This document shows, one piece after another, positions 51,543-62,860 of a stretch of DNA of 64,000 nucleotides; position 1 is the stretch's first letter, and each line of letters starts with the position of its first letter. The stretch comes from Octopus bimaculoides (lineage: Eukaryota), in the NCBI RefSeq assembly GCF_001194135.2, contig NC_068981.1:165982780-166046779 (forward strand), written 5' to 3'. The notes beneath the pieces are model-generated. The model worked only from the letters and a program-made list of their open reading frames with translations. It searched no databases and was not told the origin of the DNA. A program made the translations under genes and the position numbers.

Positions 51543-52799
51543 TTAAGGCATGAGAGATATAATCGATTATATCCATGACATACTGTGTCCCAACATTGCC
51601 AGACTCTAATAATGGAAACCAATAAAAGAATATTGAGCATTGTGTGATCAATTACTTAAACTGTAACACAAAAAAAAATGTAGGAGATTGTGTTAGAAAG
51701 TAGCTCAAATGAAAAGGTTTGAAAACGAATTAATATCAGCGATGACTTTGTAGCAAGTATTGTGCATTTGCTGATTGTTGTAAGTGGCTGTGTAAGTATG
51801 AGCAGATATAGACACTTCTTCTATTGGAACATCAAGGATGTAACAGCTGAAGGAATAAAGAGTGCTGCACCAGCACTCAGCTGGTACCCGGTTTTAGCAA
51901 AATAGACTGAGGCAACATGAAATGAATGCCCTGCTTAAGAACACAACATGCTGCTTGGTTCAGGAATTGAACTAACAACCATAGGTACTGCAACAGCTGC
52001 TCGTTAATTTTACTTACAGTGATGTTTTTTTGGAGTCAGTATTGCTCTTTCAGACAGCCAATTGAGGTTGTGATAATTTTTTGACCAATGGAGAATCTCT
52101 TTGGGGACATTATGTCAAGAAATATGATGTAATGAAATAAGATGACAATTGTACATCATTAATGAAATGTCAATATAAAAGGTAAATAATATCAATATCT
52201 TAACAAATTTTAAGAAATACTTACAATGAGCTGAGATGACACTGTTATGTTGACAAGTAAATGTCAATAAAAAACATTAATTAGTGTCAATATTTTAAAA
52301 AGGTGGAAAACATTCAGTGGATTAAATAAGGTGACAAGGGTATGGTTACCTGATGTTTTCCTGTTTGCCGTTTAGAGCAACATCCGTTGTTGTCTTTCCC
52401 CTGTAGTCTCCGTAGCATGCACAGCAGCAGTTGCTGCAGCATCTCTTGTAAGTCAAACTGCAATAGAAAAAGTCCTAAGGAAAAAGCGGTGAATGTGTAG
52501 CACCCAAAAAATAATAAAATATAGTTGGCAAAAATGTTAATCAAACAGACCGAATTAAGAATTTTTAATTTTGGGTAAGAGTTTTGAAGTGGCTAGTTTA
52601 AGTTGGGATAATTATATGAAAAAGAGCACTTATGTGAAAACAGAGGCAAATCGTAACTCGCAAATGAATACTGCTGGCAGTACTGTGCAAGCAGTCGATA
52701 AGAGCTTGCCACAGCTGACAAAGTAAAGTATTGAATTTTTCCAGCTGGGTGTGTGTCACGTTTTCCCACTGGCTCAAGCCAAACCCTAGGTGAATTGAG

Positions 52800-52990
52800 A
52801 GTAGTCTATTTATGTTGGGGGCACAGAATTTCAAGGAAAAAACTATAAGGAAAAGCGTTCTAAGTCAAAGAGTGCACATGTCAAATTTGGTGAAATTCGG
52901 TTGAAAATTGTAGGAGTAGAAGTGGTTCACACAACACACACACAGACAGACAGACAGACAGACAACTTGCCTTGTAATATATAAGATAGA
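52800..52990 (-). mobile_element. Helitron-like 5' fragment
   Basis: Reverse complement begins A|TCTATCTTATATATTACAAGG followed by (TCTG)n and a CCGAATTTCACCAAATTTG motif. No 3' hairpin/CTAG end was found. Confidence 0.45.
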
Positions 52991-53501
52991 TGTCAAAAGA
53001 ATTTAGAAACTTCAAGACGAATGTAAAATAATACATTTTTTTTAGAACAATGATACTTGAAGCATCAAAGTTATAAAGAATCGCATAAATATTGGGTTAA
53101 AAAACTCCTCGGGTAGAAAAGATTGAAGACTGCCTGTGGATGTATGTGTGTGTGTTTGATATATATATTTATTTATGTATGTATATAATGCAAGACATTC
53201 TTTCTATCATCTGACAACTAGAAACTAAAGAGATCTCAGTACTTCTGACAGTAAGAGATTACTGAATTAGTAGAAACGATTTGAGCTATGAATTAAATGC
53301 CTTAATATTTTGAGTTCAAAGTGCATCAAAAACCCAATTCCCCTTTCTGTTTTTATGGAGTTGATAAAATAAGTAGCAATCAAGTGTTGGAGTTGACAAA
53401 ATCAACCACATTTCTCCTGCACAGTAGGTAGCCTTATACCAGAGTTAGAAATCATTACTTCTTATTCTCAACAGTGCCTAACATATTGATACTCTTGCAA
53501 A

Positions 53502-53616
53502 CCCTCCTCTCTCTCCCCTCCTCTCTCTCTCTCTCCCCTCCTCTCTCTCTCTCTCCCCTCCTCTCTCTCCCCTCCTCTCTCTCTCTCTCCCCTCCTCTCT
53601 CTCTCTCTCTCCCCTC
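53502..53616. repeat. Polypyrimidine minisatellite CCCCTC(CT)n
   Basis: Six CCCC runs separated by (CT)n. Confidence 0.9.
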
Positions 53617-56070
53617 ACATATGCAAAGGGTGAAAAATAATGTTACTAAGTGAAGAAAAAAATTACTCTAAATAACACAGAAATGTATTTTGATTGAATA
53701 ACAGAAAACTGGAGGGGAAAATACCATAGGAGGTAACCTATTATTCAAAGATTGTTTTAAGTCAAACAACATTACATTAATGATAGAGTAGTATTAAAAG
53801 AAGGTCACCAATTTTTTGTTAGCACCTGATATTATTATAAATGGCCATTGTTTTCAGAGTGCACATCAGGTGGTTTGTCATACATGCATTAATCACCACA
53901 GGAGCAGTGAGACTGTCTCACAAGACACCAGCATGCAAAAGTTCAAAGTGCATCTCTGCATACTAATTATACATTGTAAAATGTGCAAGGCCTAGTTTTC
54001 AACATATCATCTCACTGCAAGAATGCTAGCGTACCTGGTTTTAGGACAAGAACAATTATCAACAGCAACAATAAGGAAACATTCATGAACAAGTAAGAAG
54101 CAGCTACTCATAGTTATAAGAATACAAAGAAAAAAATGTATTTGCAAATATGAAAATAAATAAAAACCTTGCCAACAAAAATATAGACTATTCCATTGTG
54201 TGTTGTACTGTCTAAATGACACGTAGTTAAAGAACTGTATGCATGTTTGTTTTACTCTAACAAAATGATGAGGCAATGTGGTATTTAACCAGACTGAACA
54301 GTTAGTAACTGTAAGAATATAGTGTTTTGCATGTATTATCAAACAAATTGGCAGAGACATAAGAGTGCTGGAAAAAATACCCTGTGGTATTAGTTCCAGG
54401 TGTCTGCTGGCTTCTGAGTTCAAATCCTGCTGAGGTCAACTTTGTTTTCCTTCCTTTCAGAATCCAGGGACGTGACCTGGTAGAATTGATAGTGTCAGAC
54501 AAGATGCCTAGTAGTATCTGTTCCAGCTCTTTGCCTTCTGATAGCATTTCCTAAAATGACACTGGTGCCAAGCTTTATCAACCCTTGTCTTTCTTTCTCT
54601 TGGTCAACATTGGTAGTATGGCGGGGTAAACATGAAATGAAGAATATATGTCTAAAAAACAAAACTTTTTATGTCTACCCTAGGTACTGAAATACCCATC
54701 CAAATGTTCCAAAGTCCTCTGTTTGTAAAATAATCTAAAAAACTAAAATTTTCATCCAGTAAAACTTGGTATAAATCCAAATTCTTTGGAATGATTTGAA
54801 GGTATCTGTACATTTAGTAGACAGAAACTGAAAGAAGCTCGTCGTATATATTTGTATATATTTATGTGTGTGTCTTTTTATTTGTGTTCATCCCCCACCA
54901 CCATCGCTTGACCATCAATGTTGGTGTGTTTACATCCCTGAAACTTAATGGTTCAGCAAAAGAAACCAATAGAACAAGTGCTAGGCTTACAAAGAATAAG
55001 TCCTTGGATCGATTTCTTCAACTGAAAAAAATCCTTCAAGGTGATGCTCCAGCATGGCCACAGTCAAATGATTGAAACAAGTAGAAGAATAAAAGAATGT
55101 AAATGATTTCTAACTGCGCTCAAGATTACGAATTTGGTGGAAGGTTACAGTCCATTACATTGATTCCAGTACTTAATTGTGACTTTATCTCAGGAGGATG
55201 GAAGGTTTTGTTGGACTCTGGAGGAAATATGAAAAAAAAAATTATAAAGGCTCAAAAGTAAAAACGAAGTAATTTCACTGTAGTGAAATATTTTGTCTAC
55301 TGTTGTTAGGTTTCTGTCATTCACATCATAATGTTATGATGTCCTAGATTACAAGTAATCTCTCAGTGAGACGAGTGCATGACTCAATTGTAACTATTAC
55401 TATTTACTAACATCCTTAATACTACTACAATAACCTACATGTCAAATCCTTATGTCACTCCCTTTTTAAATCATATGCTTTGTGCATAGATGTTAGAAAT
55501 CATATTCGGTCCTCTGCTGTTTCCATGTTATATCAAGTTAGTCTTTGATATGAAAGGCATGAAAGTCACACAATCATTTCCTATGTCCTATTGGTCGAAA
55601 GTGGTATTTAACTCCAAGTTAACTCTGATAAAGCAAACCTATGATCCAAGTATTTCAATCATAACCACCTCATTTTTTTTTTTATCATAAACTATCTAGT
55701 AGTACAATGTTAAACGTGTATTTCCTTTTTGAGATAGTAGGGATAGTTTGAGGGAAATTTGGCTGCTCTTTCCAGCATGTCATGTTAGAGGCTCCTCATC
55801 AGTTCAAGATTTGAAACAATGTTATGTGAATAAAAATATAGACTTAAGGCCAGCAGTTTTGAGGGGAAGGTGTTCATTGATTGTACTGGTATTTTATTGA
55901 CTCCAAAACGATTAAAGCCGGATTTGAATTTAGAAGCTAAAGACCAAGAACTACTTTAATTCATTTTGTCCGATGCTCTAATTATTCTACCCACCCATCA
56001 TTTTTGTCTTTGTAAATAAATGAATAATAAATAATATTTTCCTATTTGTTAAACACTTCATCCTCTAGTT

Positions 56071-56678
56071 CAGTGGTTCTCAGCCATTTTTTTTTGCTTA
56101 TGGACTCCTTTGATTCCTATTTTTACTCAGGAATTGGGGATGTCTAAAAACAGCTATTATATTTTTATGATTAAATTATTATTAGGGACTGTCTTAAAAG
56201 CTGCACTCCCTGCAGGGGGCTAATTAGGCTTGCAACCCCAAACTAAAGAAAGCAATAATAATAAAGCATTTATTGGTACCCTACCAATATGGTATTACTT
56301 TAAATTCAGTTTAAATGAAAAACTTGTAAGCTCACAGATTTTTGGAGTTCTTTTAAAATTTGAATTTTCAACTGTTTGCTTATAACAAACCCTCATGCAG
56401 CCCTGATCTCAACGTTGGATGTTCAAGAAACAAATGAATGGCAAATTTTCAATCTCAGAATCATCCTGATTCCAAAAAGGTATATGTCTATGTAGAGCAA
56501 ATGTGGACTGTGATACAGGGGTCCTAGACAGACAGACAAATAGAATTTCACATTTATTATTATAGATTGTATAAAAAATATGTTTAAATATTTTGTGTAT
56601 TGTAGAAATATAAACAGTTTATTGCACATAAAATTTTAATAACAAAACCTTATATGGACCTCCGGTTGAGAACCACTG
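56071..56678. mobile_element. hAT (Charlie-type) non-autonomous element, 608 bp, same end family as 8425-8750
   Basis: TIRs CAGTGGTTCTCA / TGAGAACCACTG; perfect 8-bp TSD CTCTAGTT. Confidence 0.88.
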
Positions 56679-58439
56679 CTCTAGTTCGAGGCCTCTAGTT
56701 CAAACCCTGCTGTTTTATTGCACCTTTATCAAGGCTGTATTACTCCTTGTGTATAACTACTTGACTGCAAATAAATGCATCTTCTAAACTTCATTTTTTT
56801 AATGCTTATTATAAATGAGGACATCCTTTTATAACAATATTAGTCCAACAATTCACACACATATCTAGTGCTCAACATTTCTTTAAGTGATTTTTACTTA
56901 GCAAACTTGAGAGGTTTCTTTTTTTTTAATTTTCGTTTACTGCTAGTGCTATTAAAATCAGCCAAGAAAACAAGAGCAAATAAAACATTTATAACAAAAC
57001 TAACACTGAAGTATTTTGCTTTGACTAAGCACAAAGTTTTGCAAAGCATATCTGTTTTGTAAACATTCAGTTTGAGTGTTTGTGTATGTGTGTGTGCAGG
57101 CATGATCATCTGGTTCAGAAGTTTACTTTACAGTCCCATAGTTTTAAGTTCAGTCCCACTGCTGGGCAAGAGTCCTCTACTATTACTCTGAGCTGTGAGT
57201 AGATTTTGTTGACAGAAACTGAAAGAAGTTCATTGTACGTGTGTGTATCTATGTCCTGTCTTTACACTGTGTGATAGCTATTAATGAAGACCACTGTCCT
57301 GTCCTATAGGCAGTGTCATTCATTTCTAATATTGTGTGGAATCCAGCCTTAGAAAATTTGCTTCAACAAATTTCACCTCACCCAAGCAAGTGCCAAAAGT
57401 AGACATTAAAATGGTGGTAATGATTATCATCATTATCATGATAATCTAAAGACTCTATCAATTTTCTGCCCATAAGTGACCAAGTAGAAACTCCATCGTT
57501 GACTACAGTGATTATACATAATGCTCAATAATCTAATGATTACATGGCTCTAGATTTCAGAGATTTGAGTGGATGGGAGGCAGATGACCTTTAATACTAC
57601 TATGCTCAAGAAATAATATCTGTAATAGAATATCTGTATTTAACTCTGTAGCCATCATTGTTTACCTGGTTCAATGGCATATATACATGCACAGACATAC
57701 CTCAACTTACGTCAGCAATTAGTTTTAAGACATGTGACTTACTTTTTAAAAAAACTATGTAACATGAAAAAAACATTTGAAAAACTTTATTATGTCTTGT
57801 TTTAATATCTGGTTTGTATATATTCTTCACTTGTAATTTATTTGATTTTCTTCTTCAGTATTGATTTTTAGGTGTTTTCCTTTTTTTTTTTAATAATACT
57901 TATGCTTTTAAACATGTCCACCATGGAGTTGAGGTTAATTTTCGCCATTAATTTCTTTAAAATACAAAGTAAAAAAAGATGTTACTCAAAACACACACAC
58001 ACGTATACTATATCTGTCAACTCATAAACAGTATGATCATCACTGACAAAGCAATGCCTGTGCAAAATTTTAGGTTCAAAAAGGCTTGTATAACACCTCA
58101 TGGACTCTCTCCACCCTATTGATATGATCCAGAGAGAAGCCAAGGGAAGATATCTATTGCCAATTTGGTTGCAGGCTCAGGATTTTGAGCGCCATGATCT
58201 CAAATGCAAGCAAAAGATCCCAAAATATTCAATGTTTTCCCCTGCACATCCATTTTCTCTTTTTGTTTTTTTTAGCGTGACCTTCTCCTAAAGATATGCT
58301 TTAACAAAAGCTGAGGGATGCTTCTTAGTGGCCTTCCAGCATGCCAGACCTCAACTCAGAACTTTTTAGTGCCCATGTTATTGCTAGATAGTTGTTCAAT
58401 CTACATTGGGTTCGTCCATCCTTTTGATAGGTCTTGTTT

Positions 58440-58600
58440 TCAATCCTACTTCATTGCTAGCAACCCTCCTCACTAGGTTAACCTGGTGGGGGGGGGGGTA
58501 TCGGTTTAGTCGCCAACAACCTGACCATGCAACAGATGCTATTGGTAACATGGAATCTAGGACACACACAAAGTTGTGCACAGTGCTACAGTCAGGATGT
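58440..58600 (+). mobile_element. Possible RTE 5'UTR/endonuclease N-terminus remnant
   Basis: Frameshifted IG-TWN motif (attggtaacatggaatctagga) resembling the GTWNVRT start of APE endonucleases. Heavily decayed. Confidence 0.3.
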
Positions 58601-58850
58601 GAACTGACAACTTTTTCAGCCAACAAGCTATTCACAATATCTGCAAACCAAATATTAAGAGTAGGCCAAATACACCCCACTTCATTTAAGATCACATTAA
58701 ATTTTATGAAGTTTTCAGGCTCTGGTCAAAAGGTAATTTTGTACAGACGATACTCCACACATCTTCCTGCTTCAGTAATTCGGATACAAACTACAGTCCT
58801 GTGATTGTCAAACTTTTTGTATCCTCAACACACTGAAAAAGGCTCTGAAG

Positions 58851-59058
58851 CAGTAGTTCCCTAAGTGGGTGGTACTGCTCCGGGGTGAAGAAAAGTGGAG
58901 CATTAAGTGGGGTGGATGTAAAAACAACAAAATAATGGGTTAATTAGGTTAATGTGAAATGCAGTTGATCTATGTTTGAGGCAGTGAATAGGGGTGGTGC
59001 TAGGAATGTGGCCTGGGTGCCAAGGGGAGATCAGCTTGAAAAAGTTTGGGTACCACTG
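58851..59058. mobile_element. hAT-type MITE
   Basis: Imperfect TIRs CAGTAGTTCCC / GGGTACCACTG; TSD CTCTGAAG / CTCTAAAG. Confidence 0.7.
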
Positions 59059-59339
59059 CTCTAAAGTATTACAGAATACATCTGCTTTTTAAAAGTTTTA
59101 TAGGTGCGGCTGTGTGGTAAGGTGCTTGTTTCAGAACTACATGGCTCCAAGTTCAGTCCCACTGTGTGGCACCTTGTGCAAGTATCTTCTACTATAGCCT
59201 CAGGCCAACCAAAGCCTTGTAAGTGGATTTGGTAGGCGGAAACTGAAAGAACCCCGTCGCGCGTGTGTATATATATATATATATATAAAATATGGTAATT
59301 AATCATATATTAATTAATATCGATTAATTGGCCTCCTGG

Positions 59340-59372
<33 letters not shown>

Positions 59373-61961
59373 TTATCTGTGTTTGTCCCCTCCCCATCAT
59401 CGCTTGACAACCGGTATTGATGTGTTTATGCCCCGTAACACTAGCGGTTCGGCAAAAGAGACATAGAATTAGTACTAGGCTGAAAAAAGAAAGTCCTGAG
59501 GTTGATTTGTCTGACTAAAAACCCTTCAAGGCGGTACTCCAGCATGACTGAAGCAAATAAAAGAATATATAAGGTGGTAGGTGAATGAGTATTAAAACCG
59601 TTTTAAAACAACGATGGTTCACGCGTTTTGCACTTTACCGCAGGGAAATGCACGTGCACCACCGGTGTGGCATATTAAAAACACTCGGGTTTTCTAAAGA
59701 CCTTGGAATTTTCCGACTTACCTCGAAAACCCGTGACACTCCACCAACAGACCATATGTGACACTCACGTGTACCGCTGCACAGTGACCGAAAACGTCTG
59801 ACCTGGTCTATAGAATCGAAATTCACCTTTAATGACTGAACGGGTTCTATCGACACATCTGAATCTGATATTACATTTTTTTTTACATTAGCATATGAGA
59901 TAAGTAGGTCGGTAGATGCATATGAAGTTTTAAACGAGATATGTGGATTTAAGATTAAAAAAAAAAAGATCAGATAATGTCTTAATCCTCGTTTCCTTTC
60001 CTTTGATTAAAAAGTCTGTCTCAATGCCTTATCTAAGTTTCTCTTATGGGAGCAAAAATGATGTCGCTTTCCCTTGGTCGCTCAACCTGCTAGAAATAGG
60101 AAGTAAGTCTACCTTTATATATACACTACCGTCTTTAAAAAAAATAATAAATAAAGCTTGATTCTGGGAAAACGAGATAGTCATGGTTGGAATGCTTTTG
60201 GTCATATGTTTATTAGTTTCGGTTGACCTGGCAATAAACAGCAACGGCCGAACGTCAGTTACTATCCATCCCTTCCTAGTCTTGTGTTATTCTGTCCTTT
60301 AGATAACTTCATTTCTTGTTTACATTTGATTAGCATGTCGCCCTATCGCGTTACAAAAAGCACAATGAAGGTGCGCAAGCTTTCGTGTGTGTGTGCGAAA
60401 GAATTGTCTTCGCCCACACAATTGTTCACAATGTTAGACACACACACACGCACACAACTGAGACTGAGTTTATGGATATGATTGTAAATGAATTTCATTT
60501 TCATGTACATTTGAAAAAAAAATCATCGTCGTCCAGTCCACTGGCCAACTTTCTTGTCTGTTGATTACAATATTTCTTTTTTTAGGTAGACAGACAGACA
60601 GGCGTGTGTACACACACACGATGTGTATACAGGGAGATCACGATGTTCGAAATAGGTTTATAAATTAGTAATTAACATATCAATTATTCTTATTAACTCT
60701 TTTTTTTTTCTTTTTTGGTGAAGAATCGAGACCTTTATTTAGTATATCGATGATATAATTTGAATGTTGTACCGTACTAGTATTGCCGCAGTCCAATGAC
60801 TGAAACTTGTAAAAAAAAATATAGACAACTCGAGTGTTACGTGTACACACCCAACTACGCTGTTATGTTCTTTGGGACAGCAAACTTCTACTTATTCTTT
60901 CGTCTTTAACTCTTCTATATTTTTATCTATAAATCTAATATTCACACACACACACACACATACATACTCTCTCTCCTTTTCCTTTCTCCTCTCTCTATCC
61001 TCCTTTCTCTTCTCTCTATCTCTCCCCTTCCTTATTTCTCTTTCACTCGCTCTAACTTTTTTCTCTCTCTCTCTCTCTTTCTAACTCCCTTTTTTCCCCA
61101 CTCTTTATTCTATTTCTCTTTGATTGTCATAGACTCCTCCATTTTCTCCTCCTTCCTTCAATTTTTTCCCCCTAACATTTTCTATTTCTAGCTTTGAATA
61201 TTTTTCTCCTCTCTCACTATCATTTCCTCCTCCTCTTTGCCTTCCATTTCCACTTTACTTTTATATTATCTTGCTGTTCTGCCCTCCCCCTCTCTCTCTC
61301 TCTCTCTTTCTTTATCTCTTCTATCCGATAGTCTTTTTATTTTAGCTACCTCCATGTGTCTGCCCGCCTTCTCTCTCACACACTTTTTTCTTTCCTCCAC
61401 TTATATATCTCTCTTACTCTCTCTCCCCCTCTCTTTCTGTCTCTTATTTTATACCTCCTCCCTTTGTATTATTCTTCTTTATCTCCCCTACCCTGTCTCT
61501 CTCTCTCTCTCTGCCATAAATATCCACAAGAAACTGTTGTCACCACGGACAGCCAGCATAGTTTATTCTCTATATGATATCATTTATTGGTCAACAGCAA
61601 GGCAACACTGTCCTATTGTGCATCAATAACGATGGACAGTCTTTTCAATATCGGGGTCATTTTTTTCAACAATTGAAGTTAAACTTGACACTCGCCCATT
61701 CACAAACAAAACAGTTTGACTTTACGTTGCGGGGGTTTCCCCCGACCCTAACAGTCCACACCACATAACCTCAATGTGTTTTTTCTTAAATATTTGTTAT
61801 TATTACCTCCGTGAATATTTCCACAATCCACTTCGGTTGTCAATACCGCTTTGTATTTGACTAAATAACATCTACATTGGGACTAAATAACACAGGAACA
61901 CAGAATACACTTGTTACTTAGTAATATACGAATATAAAGTGTGTCTTAATCAATCACATGT

Positions 61962-62024
61962 ATGGATCTAAATAGAAGATTAAGTGGTCCGGAGCCAACT
62001 GACGATGACCATCTGTTGGTGAAG
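61962..62024 (+). CDS. Candidate alternative first coding exon of EVI5 (MDLNRRLSGPEPTDDDHLLVK), phase 0
   Basis: ATG, 21 open codons, perfect AAG|GTAAGT donor, phase compatible with the exon following exon G, CpG-retaining context. No homology support. Confidence 0.5.
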
Positions 62025-62569
62025 GTAAGTAACAAAATTTGGGGACATCAGTTATGCAACTTTCAAAACTTCCCCTTTAATCTGTATCTTTTTATTTATA
62101 TATCTACCAGCGGCGAATGTTCTGAGCGTGTCTGGTACGTTGCACACCCACTAAAGCTCTTCCAATTCATAAATTCACTCGAAAATACAATCATGATGGG
62201 GGAAAACTATTTTTTCTGATTCCCGTTTTGAAACATTATAACTGTTATTGGTTCTGAGATTCTGAGTTAACTGCATTAGGGTGAGCGACCTTCATACATC
62301 CCGTGTCCGTTAGGTTTGAAAATTCTTTAATCCCAATCTGATTGTCTCTAGTGTAACTCTGTTCTTACTGTATCGTAATTTAACCTGGTCGTAATACGTT
62401 TTCAAATCTGGTACTACACACTCAGAAACAAAGATTGTTATGTTATTTCTGTATAATATTCGTCTCAGGGTAATAGGTTCAGTAAAGTGTACACTCTTTG
62501 ACAGTAACCACCATGCGCGTCTGCTCTGTCCATTTACCTGTATGTCTCCTTATCTAGTATACCCGTCTG

Positions 62570-62571
62570 TG

Positions 62572-62602
<31 letters not shown>

Positions 62603-62795
62603 TTGTGTGTGTATGTATATATGTGTGTATGTGTGTGTATGTATATATGTGTGTATGTGTATGTATATATATATGTGTGTGTATGTATATATATATATAT
62701 ATATGTGTGTGTATATATATATATATGTGTATGTATATATATATATATATGTGTGTGCGCGTGTATATATGTGTGTATGTATACATATATGTGTG

Positions 62796-62826
<31 letters not shown>

Positions 62827-62860
62827 GTATGTGTGTGTGTCTGTATACACCACACACACA
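62570..62860. repeat. Compound (TA)/(TG) microsatellite; similar blocks at 47100-47290, 43075-43180 (CATA)n, 41420-41630, 40945-41020 (CGT/CAT)n and 50563-50625
   Basis: Direct reading. Confidence 0.95.

Noticed and set aside
54035-54103. Minus-strand exon encoding a signal-peptide-like MNVSLLLLLIIVLVLKP
   Set aside because: Hydrophobicity derives from a decayed (CAA/TTG)n-like tract, the acceptor is weak, and that frame hits a stop on joining the 52457 exon.
58406-58804. 132-aa ORF
   Set aside because: No domain recognised, no splice context; partly overlaps a probable decayed RTE 5' region.
60565-60592. Possible recursive splice site ttcttttttttAG|GTAGAC (also cccttAG|GTAAGC on - near 50018)
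   Set aside because: The donor half is weak or the tract is short; indistinguishable from chance without saw-tooth nascent-RNA data.
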